A stretch of DNA of 64,000 nucleotides from Rickettsiaceae bacterium (GTDB taxonomy: Bacteria; Pseudomonadota; Alphaproteobacteria; Rickettsiales; UBA1997): the NCBI GenBank assembly GCA_021323225.1, contig JAJTCH010000001.1, positions 339,408-403,407 of the forward strand, in the 5' to 3' direction. The notes below the pieces were generated by a model. It did not search any database, was not told where the DNA came from, and saw nothing but the letters and a program-made list of their open reading frames with translations. Position numbers and translations under genes: made by a program. Position 1 is the stretch's first letter, and every line of letters starts with the position of its first letter. Below, piece by piece: positions 46,816 through 57,641 of this stretch.

Positions 46816-49800
46816 TTACACTAACGCTCTGACTCGGTTGAGAGCCACAACAAACATTGATAAGTCCGGATTATGTTGCTCTTTCAATTCAGCAATGAAA
46901 CTGTCATATCTTTGCACTAGAAAATGGTTGTGTTTTATCCAATTTTCAAGCGATGTTTCTGCCGGACAAGAGGTAGAATTTTTACAGCTATAATCAGCAA
47001 CTTCCCTGGCCAGTTTCATTTGATAATTATACAAATCTTCCAAGATGGTTTTAATGGATAGTTTTTTCCAATAATCATCAATAAGAATTGTTGAAGCTTT
47101 ATTGCGTAGCCATTTTAAATCGAAGCGGTTTCCAACTTCAAAATAAAGTTTAGCAATGATTTTTAGATTTAAACTGGACTTGCAGGCAATTTCAGCGATG
47201 TCAAAAGCTGAAGCCAGAGGATCCATCGCAGCAATTTTTTTCGATAATTCAGCCGGGACTTTTTCAGATTGATATTGGGTAATTTTCTTGACGAAGGAAC
47301 TCTTGGAAGCAACAGCTAGAATATCGTCCAAAATGTCAAAGAGCTGGGCCACGATGGTGTTATATTTAACAATCATGTCAGAAATGCTGCTTCTTTGCTG
47401 ATTGCGAAGCAACCAAACAACACCTCTCTCCAGCAATTTATTGATTGTGAAAAACATTTGCGATTGCAGATCAGAAGAAATTTTGCCGCTTAGCTTATCA
47501 ATTTCATCCCAAACATGGTTAAGATCAAAAACTTCACAAACAACAATAAAGTTGCGAACTACATCAATGGCTGAAAATCCGGTTTCGCTAGAGATTTGGT
47601 TAACAAAAGTTATCCCTGCTTTATTGACTATAAAATTGGTTAGTTCAGTAGCAATAATTTCAGAACGTAACTGATGGTTGATGATTTCATCCTTAAATTT
47701 TTCTTGAAGAAGTTTAGGGAAATAATCAAAAAGAACTGGAGTTAAATAATCGTCTTTAACCAGATCAGAAGCAAGAATTTGCGGGTATAAATCCATCTTG
47801 CTATAAGCAAGCATAACGCATAATTCTGGGCGGGTCATGCCGATTTTATCTGCCTGTCTTTTAGCAATTTCTTTATTAGTTGGCAAAAATTCAACCTGGC
47901 GGTTTAATATACCGGACTTTTCCAAGCTATTCAAAAAATGCGCCTGATTGCCAAGACCTAAATATCCTTGAGCATAACAAGTTGAAATGGCAGCAGTTTG
48001 ATTTTTATTGTCATTTAAAACCAGCTCTGACACTTCATCAGTCATGGATTCCAGAATTTTATTTCTTTCCTCAAGAGAGACTTTGCCGGCTCTCATTGCA
48101 GCAGTCATGGCAATTTTGATATTCACTTCATGGTCTGAGCAATCAACCCCAGCAGAGTTATCCATCGCATCGGTATTGATTCTTACGCCATTTAGGGCAG
48201 CTTCAATTCTTCCTTTTTGAGTAAAGCCAAGATTTCCACCCTCACCCACTACTTTGCATCTTAAGTCGCAGCCATTAACTCTGAGTGGATCATTAACACG
48301 ATCGCCAACATCTAAATGGCTCTCATCAAGCGCTTTTACATAAGTGCCGATACCGCCATTCCAAAGCAAATCAACCGGCGCTTTTAAAATTAAGGAGATT
48401 AATTCATTTGGCGTTAATTCTCCCTTATCGATATCTAAAGCTTTTTGAGCTTCCGGTGACAAAGTGATTGACTTGGCATTTCTTTCAAAAATACCACCAC
48501 CTTTAGAAATTTTTGTTATGTCATAATCTGTCCAACTTGATCTTGGCAAGTTAAACATTCTTTCTCTTTCCTTGAAGGAAGATGCAGCATCCGGATTTGG
48601 ATCAATAAAGATGTGAAGGTGATTGAAGGCAGCAATCATTCTGATATGCTTTGAAAGCAACATGCCATTTCCAAAAACGTCTCCTGATAAATCACCGATA
48701 CCAACACAGGTAAAATCTTGCGACTGGGTATCAATTCCCATTTCGGCGAAATGTCTTTTAACGGAAATCCATGCGCCTTTAGCGGTAATGCCCATTTTTT
48801 TGTGGTCATAACCAACAGAGCCGCCGGAAGCAAAAGCATCTCCTAACCAAAAATTATATTCGGCAGAAATGCCGTTGGCGATGTCAGAGAATGTTGCGGT
48901 TCCTTTATCTGCCGCAACAACCAGATATGGATCATCATTATCATGACGAACCACATTTTGCGGGTGAACTACTTTACCATTAACAACATTGTCAGTTACA
49001 TCCAGCAAACCTCTTAAGAAAGTTTTATAGGCTTCGATACCATTTTGCAGAATTTGATCACGGCTAAGACCTGTGCTATCAGTTTTAACCACAAACCCAC
49101 CCTTAGAACCAACCGGCACAATAACGGCATTTTTGGTCATTTGCGCTTTTACCAAACCCAAAACCTCAGTTCTGAAATCGTCATGACGATCTGACCAGCG
49201 AAGTCCACCTCTAGCAACCTTACCGCCACGAAGATGAATGCCTTCAACATTAATGGCATAAACAAAAATTTCGGCATACATGATTGGCAAAGGCAGGTCA
49301 AGAACTTGTGCCGAATTTAGTTTGAAAGAGAAGTAATCTTTGCAAGAGCCGTCAGGCTTGGTTTGGTAGAAATTAGTTCTGAGCGTAGAAGAGATAATAT
49401 TAAAAAATTTCCTTATAACCGCATCTTCTGAAATATCGGAAATCTTGGACAAGCCTTCTTTTAACTTAGAGCTGATTTCTTCAATTTTCTTTTTTCTGTC
49501 ACCGCTAAATGAAGGATCAAATTTTGCTTCAAACAACTCAACCAATAAAACAGTTAAATCACGATATTTAACAAATACATCAGACAGGTGATTTTGGGTA
49601 TAACGAAGACCGATTTGGTATAAATATTTGCTATAGCCTCTTAGCATATAAATTTGACGCCAGCTTAAATCAGCAGCGACTAGAAGACGGTTTAAATTGC
49701 CAATTTTGGTTTCTCCTTTCCAGATTTTGGTGATGGTTTCGACAAAATTATGCTTGATTTTGTCAGTTAGTTTGCCGCCATTTTTGCTCAAATTGAGATT

Positions 49801-51639
49801 GAAGTAATGAATCCAAACATCTTTTTTTCCCTTGGGGGAGACTAGATAAGTATGTTCATGAACAACATTGAAGCCAAAACTGTCTAGAATCGGCATGATA
49901 TCAGAAAGCAGAATTTTCTTTTCCGGGCTATAAAGTTTTAATTCAACAATATCTTCAGCAACTTCCGGACTTTTATAAAGATCGCAAGCAACATTTCCGG
50001 TTTCCAAACATTGATTGATATATTTTATGTCCAGAACTGCTGCTTTGGCATTGAAGCGGTTGGTATAGCTGACCAAAAATGCGTCACGATAAGTTTCGAT
50101 AAGGTTTTTGGCCATATCGATGGAAAAATTGGCAATCGGAAATTCAGGAGTAGAAAAATTATTGATGATTTCATCTTCAAGATCATCATTCCAAAGGCGA
50201 CATAGTTTGACCATTTGATTTTCAAGCTCATCAACATCAATTTTCGGGATACCATTTTCAGTTCTAACAATCAGGTAAAGCCTGGTTAGATTAGAATCAG
50301 CGATTTGCACAAACACATCAGAGACTTCGCCTTTGTAAGTTGCGGCAATTAAATTTTGGATTTTTTCCTTAAGGGAAGTGTTAAAAATATCTCTTGGAAT
50401 AAAAATCAAACAGCTGACAAAGCGGGAGAATTTATCATTTCTAATAAACATTCTAGCAAGAGAACGGCCGGAAATTGCTACAATGCCGGTTGCAATTCTC
50501 AGCAAATCATCTTGCTCAATTTGAAAGAGTTCGTCACGCGGATAAGATTCTAAAGTGGAAAGCAAATCTTTATAATTGGAGCTGTTTTTGCTATATCCTG
50601 CAGCATTTATTACCTGCTCAATTTTTTTGCGGACAATCGGAATTAATTTAGGGCTTTGGCAATAAACCGGAGAGGTGAATAAACCGATAAAACGATATTC
50701 ACCCACAACTTTCCCGTTAGAATCAAATTTTTGGATTCTAATTCTCTCAGCATTTGAATGATGATGAATTTGTGATTTGTAACGCGATTTTAAGATCTCA
50801 ACCAAATAAGGATGTTTAACCACATCTTCAATTTCATCCGAAGAAACATTTACTATGGAAGGTTTAGTGCTTTCATAGGTTGATTTGTAGGTGCCAAGAC
50901 GGCTACCAACAACTTCTTCATAGGAATATTTTCCGTTTTTATTTTTGATGTCGAATTCAATTGCACCCAAAAAGATGAATTTGTTGTCAATGATCCAGTC
51001 AATAAAGTCAATGGTTTCAGCCACATCAATCACACCATTTTTAACTTTCAGACCCTTGAAATGAGCTTTTGATTTTTCTGCCAAAAAAATCATCTCCTGC
51101 CAATCACCAATCATTATTTTTATGGTGTTGAATATTTCCGACAAATGCTCCTCTAGCGGCTTTAGCTCATCATCTGGAATTTTAGCTAAATGAAGCTGAA
51201 TGATTGACTCGTTAGATTGATTATTTTCTTTAACAAAAGATTTAATGGCGCCGTCACTTGATCTGCTGGCAGTTAAAATCGGATGGATGACATTTTTAAC
51301 TTCAATGCCACGATTGTCGAATTGCATAACAACAGAATCGACCAAAAATGACATATCGTCATTAACCACATCAAGAATAGTATATTTGGACTCAAACCCG
51401 TGTTTTTCAACTCTCGGATTATATAATCTGATCTTAAAATTATCGGCTGGTTTTTGGGAAAAAAATTCAAAACTGGAAGCGGCAAAATCAAGAAGTTCTT
51501 GGCTGCTATAACCCTTAAAATCCTTATCTACACATTGCGAGTAAAATATTTTTATGTAATCAGCGAGATGCTTAGAGGAGTTTTTGCCAGTTTTAGAAAG
51601 ATCAATAACCTCTTGAATAAGCGACTGCATTTCTTGCAT
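46816..51639 (-). CDS. gdhB: NAD-specific glutamate dehydrogenase, large (~180 kDa) Bac_GDH type
   Basis: 1607 aa. The catalytic core is EGIHLRGGKVARGGLRWSDR...VIVPVGSKGGFV...ADKGTATFSD...GYDHKKMGITAKGAW. Both the size and these motifs match the giant GDH family. Confidence 0.93.
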   Translation of the reverse strand: MQEMQSLIQEVIDLSKTGKNSSKHLADYIKIFYSQCVDKDFKGYSSQELLDFAASSFEFFSQKPADNFKIRLYNPRVEKHGFESKYTILDVVNDDMSFLVDSVVMQFDNRGIEVKNVIHPILTASRSSDGAIKSFVKENNQSNESIIQLHLAKIPDDELKPLEEHLSEIFNTIKIMIGDWQEMIFLAEKSKAHFKGLKVKNGVIDVAETIDFIDWIIDNKFIFLGAIEFDIKNKNGKYSYEEVVGSRLGTYKSTYESTKPSIVNVSSDEIEDVVKHPYLVEILKSRYKSQIHHHSNAERIRIQKFDSNGKVVGEYRFIGLFTSPVYCQSPKLIPIVRKKIEQVINAAGYSKNSSNYKDLLSTLESYPRDELFQIEQDDLLRIATGIVAISGRSLARMFIRNDKFSRFVSCLIFIPRDIFNTSLKEKIQNLIAATYKGEVSDVFVQIADSNLTRLYLIVRTENGIPKIDVDELENQMVKLCRLWNDDLEDEIINNFSTPEFPIANFSIDMAKNLIETYRDAFLVSYTNRFNAKAAVLDIKYINQCLETGNVACDLYKSPEVAEDIVELKLYSPEKKILLSDIMPILDSFGFNVVHEHTYLVSPKGKKDVWIHYFNLNLSKNGGKLTDKIKHNFVETITKIWKGETKIGNLNRLLVAADLSWRQIYMLRGYSKYLYQIGLRYTQNHLSDVFVKYRDLTVLLVELFEAKFDPSFSGDRKKKIEEISSKLKEGLSKISDISEDAVIRKFFNIISSTLRTNFYQTKPDGSCKDYFSFKLNSAQVLDLPLPIMYAEIFVYAINVEGIHLRGGKVARGGLRWSDRHDDFRTEVLGLVKAQMTKNAVIVPVGSKGGFVVKTDSTGLSRDQILQNGIEAYKTFLRGLLDVTDNVVNGKVVHPQNVVRHDNDDPYLVVAADKGTATFSDIANGISAEYNFWLGDAFASGGSVGYDHKKMGITAKGAWISVKRHFAEMGIDTQSQDFTCVGIGDLSGDVFGNGMLLSKHIRMIAAFNHLHIFIDPNPDAASSFKERERMFNLPRSSWTDYDITKISKGGGIFERNAKSITLSPEAQKALDIDKGELTPNELISLILKAPVDLLWNGGIGTYVKALDESHLDVGDRVNDPLRVNGCDLRCKVVGEGGNLGFTQKGRIEAALNGVRINTDAMDNSAGVDCSDHEVNIKIAMTAAMRAGKVSLEERNKILESMTDEVSELVLNDNKNQTAAISTCYAQGYLGLGNQAHFLNSLEKSGILNRQVEFLPTNKEIAKRQADKIGMTRPELCVMLAYSKMDLYPQILASDLVKDDYLTPVLFDYFPKLLQEKFKDEIINHQLRSEIIATELTNFIVNKAGITFVNQISSETGFSAIDVVRNFIVVCEVFDLNHVWDEIDKLSGKISSDLQSQMFFTINKLLERGVVWLLRNQQRSSISDMIVKYNTIVAQLFDILDDILAVASKSSFVKKITQYQSEKVPAELSKKIAAMDPLASAFDIAEIACKSSLNLKIIAKLYFEVGNRFDLKWLRNKASTILIDDYWKKLSIKTILEDLYNYQMKLAREVADYSCKNSTSCPAETSLENWIKHNHFLVQRYDSFIAELKEQHNPDLSMFVVALNRVRALV

Positions 51640-51669
51640 AGAGTAAGGAATAGTAGTGTTAATTGGGAT

Positions 51670-52227
51670 TTATTTTTTGATTGCGAGAGCAACCATTTGC
51701 TTGCCTTCCATTCTTGGAGTAGCTTCAAATTTAGCAAATTCAGAAATGTCATTAGTGATGTCAGTCATCATCTTTTCAGCCAAGTCAAGATGCGTCATTT
51801 CACGCCCCTTGATTTTGATAGAAATTTTGACCTTATCGCCTTTTTCAATGAATTTTATAATTTGCTTAATTTTTACGTCGTAATCACCTTTACCGATATT
51901 GATGGAAAGCTTCACTTCTTTAGTTTCAACTACTTTTTGTTTCTTCTTTGCGTCGGCAGCTTTCTTTTGAATTTCATATTTCATCTTGCCAAAATTGGCG
52001 ATTTTGCAGACTGGCGGCTCTGCGTTGGGAGAGACTTCAACCAAATCTAGACCGGCTTCAATTGCCATCTTTATTGCCTGCGTGATCTCAGTGACACCCA
52101 CCATATCACCATTCTCATTTATCAACCTGACTTCCCTTACCTTTATTTGATCATTAATTCTAAAACCTTTACCAGAAACTTGTTTCACAGAAATATACTC
52201 TTTATTAATAGACGCCCCGCCAAACAA
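51670..52227 (-). CDS. infC: translation initiation factor IF-3
   Basis: RINDQIKVREVRLINENGDMVGV, LDLVEVSPNAEPPVCKI, KKQKVVETKEVKL. There is no in-frame ATG at the 5' end. The candidates are the TTG at 52227 (GAGG 9 nt upstream) or the ATT at 52209. Confidence 0.93.
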   Translation of the reverse strand: MFGGASINKEYISVKQVSGKGFRINDQIKVREVRLINENGDMVGVTEITQAIKMAIEAGLDLVEVSPNAEPPVCKIANFGKMKYEIQKKAADAKKKQKVVETKEVKLSINIGKGDYDVKIKQIIKFIEKGDKVKISIKIKGREMTHLDLAEKMMTDITNDISEFAKFEATPRMEGKQMVALAIKK

Positions 52228-52532
52228 AGACGAGAGCCTCGAATATAGTTAGCAAATATTAATTTTCCAAGATTTTTCTTTTAACAAAAACATCCATGCC
52301 AAACTAAGTATTTACACCCCAATTCAGCAAAGTACTTTTGAGGAAAAATTGCGGCAAGGAATATAAGCTGTATCAGGCGATACAGTGTCATTCTTCGAGC
52401 AAATTTTTACTAAAAAGACGAAGGTTAATAGTGGTACAAAGCTTTTGCGGTTAAGCGATATTGCAAGAAAGATTTTGCTGCTGATAATTGGCGGCTTTTA
52501 AATTTAACAAATCTTGCCAGAAGAAAAGCAAA

Positions 52533-55500
52533 ATGGATTATAAAGTAAAACTGCAAAAAATTTCCCATAGCACCAGCTTTGAGAATTTTACCAATGATTC
52601 AGCCGGTTTTGTTTTGCAAAAGCTGATAAAAAATTCTCCCCGCAAACATTTTTTACACATCACCGCAGATGATAAAGATGTGGATCTGATACAAAAACAA
52701 ATCCAGTTTTTTGCCCCAAATGAAATTCAAAATAATGAGCTGCAAATTTTGTCATTTCCCGCTTGGGATTGTTTGCCGTTTGACCGTGTTTCTCCAAAAT
52801 CAAGCATCATCTCTGCCAGAATTAACACTTTGCGTGAGCTATGCAAAAATGACTCCGGTAAAAAAACTTTAGTCATTGCCTCAATCGGAGCAGTTTTACA
52901 AAAAACCATTCCTTCTTCTCTTATCAAAAATTCTGGTTTTAAGATTGAAACAGGGGAAGAAATTTCCATCGATTCTTTAGCTCAAACCTTAATAGACAAC
53001 GGATTTAGCAGAGTTCCAACTGCCAGCAGTATTTCTGAATTTGCCATTCGCGGCAATATTGTTGATATCATCGCTCCTTACAATAACTCATGGCAAAATG
53101 CTGACGACCTAATTGGTTATCGTTTGGATTTTTTTGGAGATGCGGTAGAGACAATCAGGGTTTTTGATCCCCTCACCCAAATCACCAACAACAAAATAAA
53201 CAAGATTAATCTTTTCCCTGCTACAGAAATTAATTTAAACCAAAAATCAATCGGGCTTTTTAAGAATAATTACCGTTCATTTTTTGGAATTCCGCAGGAA
53301 GATATGATGTATAACGCAATTTCTGAAGGCAGAAGTTACGCAGGAATGGAACATTTTCTACCCCTGTTTTATGACCAGCCGTTGAGCAATATTTTTAGCT
53401 ATTTAAGTGAGCCACAAATTTCACTTTCAGAAGAAGTTTTGCAGCTAAAAAATGAAAAGCTGAAAATCATTGAAGAATATTACCAAACAAGAGTTGCTAC
53501 CTTGCAAGAAAGCAAAAAATCGGGATCAATTTATAATCCACTTCCGCCACAATATCTCTATTTAAATGACGAAGAATTTAAGAATGAAACTTCTAAAACT
53601 CTGGAAATTAAATTTTTAAACCAAGGACAAAATTCTGAAACAAATATCAGAAAAATTGATCTGGAAATTAAACCAATTCCTGATTTTGCTCTAGCATCTA
53701 GAGCCAATAAAACCAATGTTTTTGAGTTATTCAAAGATTTCTTAAAAATAGAATTCAACGAACATAAAATTATCCTTGCCTGTTTTTCTCTTGGCTCGCA
53801 AGAAAGGCTGAAAAAAATCCTCTTTGATCACGATGTTTCCAGCAAAGAAATTGAAAATTCCGATGACATTTCCAAATTAGCAAAAAACCAAATCGGGCTT
53901 TGCGTTTTGCCAATTGGCAATGGTTTTTTCACAAGCGACTTGATGATTATTGGTGAGGCAGCACTTCTGGGAGAAAAAACCAATCGCCAAACTTCTAAAA
54001 AATCTGCCGAGAGAATTTTATCTGAAGGCATAACTTTGCAAGTTGGCGAGTTAGTTGTACACCGCTATCACGGTATTGGAAAATTTGATGGACTGCATCA
54101 CATAGAAACTTCCGGCATCACTAACGACTTCCTAAAAATTCTTTATTTTGGCAGTGACGTTTTATTCGTTCCGGTTGAAGACATAAATTTAATCACCAGA
54201 TATGGCAGTGATAATGCACTGATAACACTAGACCGGCTTGGCAATAACAGCTGGAAAAATCGCCGTGAAAAAGTCCGCGCCAGAATTAAAATTGCAGCAG
54301 AGCAGTTGATAAAAATTGCCGCTGAAAGACAGATTAAGAAAGCGCCAATTCTTATTCCAAAACAAATGGAATATGAAGAATTTAAAGCCCGTTTTGGCTT
54401 TAGTGAAACTACTGACCAGTTAAGGGCAATATCCGAAATTGAGGAAGATTTGCAAAAAGGTTCACCAATGGATCGTCTGGTTTGCGGCGATGTTGGGTTT
54501 GGCAAAACTGAAGTAGCAATGCGCGCCGCTTTCATCGCCGCACAGAATGAAAAAGAGCCATATCAGGTGGCAATTGTTACGCCAACTACTTTGCTTTGCA
54601 GGCAACATTACCATAATTTTATCAATCGCTTTCGTGACACTGATTTAAAGATTGCGCAACTATCGCGCATGGTTTCAACTGCGGAAGCAAATAAGATTAA
54701 AAAAGACCTGGAAGAAGGGAAAATTGATTTGATAATTGGCACTCACGCACTCTTAAACAAAAATATCAAATTCAAAAAACTTGGGCTTTTGATTGTTGAT
54801 GAGGAACAACATTTTGGCGTTGCCCAAAAAGAAAGGATCAAAGAGTTAAAAAGCGAAGTTCATATTCTAACTTTATCAGCTACACCGATTCCTAGAACTC
54901 TGCAAATGTCCCTAACTGGCGTTAAGGAACTTAGCATCATCAGCACGCCGCCGGTTGATCGTTTGGCAATTCGCAATTATGTCATGCCTTATGACTCGGT
55001 AATTATCAGAGAAGCAGTTTTGCGCGAATATCAGCGTGGCGGAAAAAGTTTCTTCGTTGTGCCGCGCATTCAAGATATCGACCAGCTATATGATAAATTA
55101 TGTAAGCAAATTCCCGAAGTAAAAATTGAAGTTGCCCATGGCCAAATGCCGCCCGGCACCCTGGATAAAATCATGAATGATTTTTACGACGGCAAATTTG
55201 ATGTGCTGGTTTCTACCACCATTATTGAGTCCGGCATCGATATTTCTTCTGCCAACACCATGATAATTTATAAGGCCGAACATTTTGGCTTGGCGCAACT
55301 CTATCAACTTCGTGGCCGCGTTGGTCGCGGCAAAATCAGAGGCTATTGCTATTTCACCACTAAAGTTAACAAGCTCAGTGAAATCGCCAAGAAAAAGCTG
55401 CAAGTAATGCAAACTCTTGATGCGCTTGGTGCGGGCTTTTCCATCGCTTCACATGATATGGATATTAGGGGAAGCGGTAATATTTTAGGCGATGAGCAAT

Positions 55501-56060
55501 CAGGACATATCAGAGAAACCGGTGCAGAGCTTTACCAATCTATGTTGGTCGATGCTATAAAAGCTCTCAAATCCGGCGCTCCGCAAATTGATACAAAAGA
55601 AGTTGTTGAAGAAGAATTTCCTGTTCAAATCAAACTAGGAATTTCTCTTTTAATTCCTGAAAATTATATGAGTGATTTATCAACCAGAATGCAGTTCTAC
55701 AAACGCATTGCAACAATTGAAAACCAAGAACAGCAAGAACAAATCAGCGTTGAAATTATCGACCGCTTTGGAAAATTGCCGGTTGAAATTGAAAATCTTT
55801 TGCAGATTGCTTACTTAAAAAGCCTCTGCAAAAAAATTAATATTGAAAAGGTGGAAGCTAATTCACAAGGCATTCTGATTACTTTTAGAAATAATCATTT
55901 TGATAATGGAGAAAAACTTTTGGAGATGGTTTTTTCCAGTAAAAACCAGATCAAATTACAAGGGCACAAGATTTTATTTTTGGCTGGCTTTAAGTCAGAT
56001 CAAGAAAAACTGCAAAATGCCCTTAACGCAATTAACAAGATCAATTCACTTGTAAAATAA
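52533..56060 (+). CDS. mfd: transcription-repair coupling factor
   Basis: About 1175 aa from the ATG at 52533. It has a UvrB-homology N-terminus, the RNAP-interaction (CarD-like) segment GELVVHRYHGIGKF, helicase motifs GDVGFGKTEVA, DEEQHFGV, TLSATPIPRT, QLRGRVGR, and a TRCF C-domain. Confidence 0.95.
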   Translation: MDYKVKLQKISHSTSFENFTNDSAGFVLQKLIKNSPRKHFLHITADDKDVDLIQKQIQFFAPNEIQNNELQILSFPAWDCLPFDRVSPKSSIISARINTLRELCKNDSGKKTLVIASIGAVLQKTIPSSLIKNSGFKIETGEEISIDSLAQTLIDNGFSRVPTASSISEFAIRGNIVDIIAPYNNSWQNADDLIGYRLDFFGDAVETIRVFDPLTQITNNKINKINLFPATEINLNQKSIGLFKNNYRSFFGIPQEDMMYNAISEGRSYAGMEHFLPLFYDQPLSNIFSYLSEPQISLSEEVLQLKNEKLKIIEEYYQTRVATLQESKKSGSIYNPLPPQYLYLNDEEFKNETSKTLEIKFLNQGQNSETNIRKIDLEIKPIPDFALASRANKTNVFELFKDFLKIEFNEHKIILACFSLGSQERLKKILFDHDVSSKEIENSDDISKLAKNQIGLCVLPIGNGFFTSDLMIIGEAALLGEKTNRQTSKKSAERILSEGITLQVGELVVHRYHGIGKFDGLHHIETSGITNDFLKILYFGSDVLFVPVEDINLITRYGSDNALITLDRLGNNSWKNRREKVRARIKIAAEQLIKIAAERQIKKAPILIPKQMEYEEFKARFGFSETTDQLRAISEIEEDLQKGSPMDRLVCGDVGFGKTEVAMRAAFIAAQNEKEPYQVAIVTPTTLLCRQHYHNFINRFRDTDLKIAQLSRMVSTAEANKIKKDLEEGKIDLIIGTHALLNKNIKFKKLGLLIVDEEQHFGVAQKERIKELKSEVHILTLSATPIPRTLQMSLTGVKELSIISTPPVDRLAIRNYVMPYDSVIIREAVLREYQRGGKSFFVVPRIQDIDQLYDKLCKQIPEVKIEVAHGQMPPGTLDKIMNDFYDGKFDVLVSTTIIESGIDISSANTMIIYKAEHFGLAQLYQLRGRVGRGKIRGYCYFTTKVNKLSEIAKKKLQVMQTLDALGAGFSIASHDMDIRGSGNILGDEQSGHIRETGAELYQSMLVDAIKALKSGAPQIDTKEVVEEEFPVQIKLGISLLIPENYMSDLSTRMQFYKRIATIENQEQQEQISVEIIDRFGKLPVEIENLLQIAYLKSLCKKINIEKVEANSQGILITFRNNHFDNGEKLLEMVFSSKNQIKLQGHKILFLAGFKSDQEKLQNALNAINKINSLVK

Positions 56061-56113
56061 GGAATAATTGCTTTAATTCCCCACTTTCGAATAGCCTTCC
56101 AAATCTATAAATC

Positions 56114-56719
56114 ATGGAAAAATTCACTACTCTGCAATCAGTTGCCGCACCATTATCGCTTGTCAATATCGACACCGATATGATCATCCCAAAACAATTC
56201 CTTAAAACCATTAAGAGAACCGGTCTTGGCGCAAATCTTTTTTTCGAAATGCGTTATGACCTGCAAGGCAAAGAAATCTCTGATTTTATCCTTAATCAAC
56301 CAGCTTACAAAAATTCCAAAATTCTAGTTGCCGGTAAAAATTTCGGTTGCGGCTCCAGCCGTGAACATGCTCCTTGGGCTTTATTGGATTTTGGCATCAG
56401 ATGCATTATCGCCCCTTCTTTTGCAGATATTTTCTATAACAACTGCTTTAAAAACGGTATTTTGCCAGTCATTTTACCGGAAGATCAGGTTGAAGAATTG
56501 ATGGCGCTGGCCTCAGACCCAACCGCTAATTTTAACGTCAATTTGCCAAAACAGGAAATCACCGCGGGCAATAAGATCTACAAATTTAATGTTGACGATT
56601 TTAGAAAAACCTGTTTACTAGAAGGCCTTGACGATATTGGTTTAACCTTGAAGAAAGAAGCTAAAATTAGCAGCTTCGAGGCACAAAACCGACAAAAGCT
56701 GTCCTGGCTTTATTCTTAA
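56114..56719 (+). CDS. leuD: 3-isopropylmalate dehydratase small subunit
   Basis: 201 aa. [61 protein letters not shown]. Confidence 0.9.
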   Translation: MEKFTTLQSVAAPLSLVNIDTDMIIPKQFLKTIKRTGLGANLFFEMRYDLQGKEISDFILNQPAYKNSKILVAGKNFGCGSSREHAPWALLDFGIRCIIAPSFADIFYNNCFKNGILPVILPEDQVEELMALASDPTANFNVNLPKQEITAGNKIYKFNVDDFRKTCLLEGLDDIGLTLKKEAKISSFEAQNRQKLSWLYS

Positions 56720-56736
56720 TTTAAAACCAAAAAACA

Positions 56737-57552
56737 ATGACAATATTACAAGGAAAAAAAGGTTTGATTATGGGCGTTGCCAACAATCGCTCAATTGCTT
56801 GGGGCATTGCGCAAGAGGCAAAAAAATTTGGCGCTGATCTTGCCTTTACTTATCAAGGTGAAGCTCTACAAAAAAGAGTTGAACCTTTAGCAGAATCTCT
56901 TGGCTCTGATATTGTCCTTCCTTGTGACGTAACTGATCAAAATTCCGTAGAAGCAGTTTTTAAAGAATTGGATAAAAAATGGGGCAAGCTTGATTTCATC
57001 GTTCATGCTATCGCCTATTCTGACAAAGAAGAATTGAGAGGTAGATTTATTGACACCACTCCTGGCAATTTTGCCAACACCATGAATATTTCTTGCTACT
57101 CACTAGTTGCGGTTTGCAAAGCTGGTGAAGAGCTAATGAAAAAAGCTGGTGGTGGTTCTGTTATCACTCTTAGCTATTACGGCGCTGAAAAAGTTGTTCC
57201 TCATTATAATGTTATGGGCGTTGCTAAAGCAGCCTTGGAAGCAAGCGTTCGTTATTTAGCTGCAGATTGCGGAAAAGATAATATCCGCGTTAATGCCATT
57301 TCTGCCGGTCCGGTTAAAACCCTTGCTGCTAGCGGCATCGGCGACTTCCGCTATATTTTCAAATGGAATGAATATAACTCTCCTCTAAAACGCAATATCG
57401 ATTTGGCAGACGTTGGAGGTGCTGGCGTTTTCTTGCTAAGTGAACTTGGTAACGGTGTTACCGGAGAAGTTCTTCATGTAGATTCCGGCTATCATGTTGT
57501 CGGCATGAAAGCACTTGACGCACCAGATATTTCCCTAGTTAAAGAAGAATAG
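56737..57552 (+). CDS. fabI: enoyl-[acyl-carrier-protein] reductase (NADH)
   Basis: 271 aa. LQGKKGLIMGVANNRSIAWGIA, the active-site Y..M...K in YNVMGVAKAALE, and NAISAGPVKTLAASGI. Confidence 0.95.
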   Translation: MTILQGKKGLIMGVANNRSIAWGIAQEAKKFGADLAFTYQGEALQKRVEPLAESLGSDIVLPCDVTDQNSVEAVFKELDKKWGKLDFIVHAIAYSDKEELRGRFIDTTPGNFANTMNISCYSLVAVCKAGEELMKKAGGGSVITLSYYGAEKVVPHYNVMGVAKAALEASVRYLAADCGKDNIRVNAISAGPVKTLAASGIGDFRYIFKWNEYNSPLKRNIDLADVGGAGVFLLSELGNGVTGEVLHVDSGYHVVGMKALDAPDISLVKEE

Positions 57553-57570
57553 ATCCAGCAATGGTTAATT

Positions 57571-57604
57571 AATGAGAGATTTTTATTTATAGAAATCTCT
57601 CATT
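57571..57604 (+). terminator. AT-rich hairpin after fabI (possible intrinsic terminator)
   Basis: AATGAGAGATTT-ttatttatag-AAATCTCTCATT is a 12-bp stem followed by TTTA. It begins 19 nt after the fabI stop. The stem has low GC, so terminator strength is uncertain. Confidence 0.45.
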
Positions 57605-57641
57605 TTAACCATTACCGTTGGCCACCAAGAAGTTTTCAATA

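Noticed and set aside
46721-46993. 90-aa plus-strand ORF
   Set aside because: It starts inside the palindromic repeat next to tRNA-Leu and continues antisense into the gdhB 3' end. It is an artefact.
51454-52050. 198-aa plus-strand ORF
   Set aside because: It is entirely antisense to the gdhB 5' end and to infC, both of which are strongly supported. It has F/L/N/I-rich low-complexity composition typical of antisense frames in AT-rich DNA. There are no recognisable motifs.
52368-52385. CTGTATC-aggc-GATACAG hairpin in the infC-mfd intergenic region, considered as an ncRNA or attenuator
   Set aside because: It is a single 7-bp stem with no U-tract and no conserved flanking structure that I can recognise. 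The evidence is insufficient.
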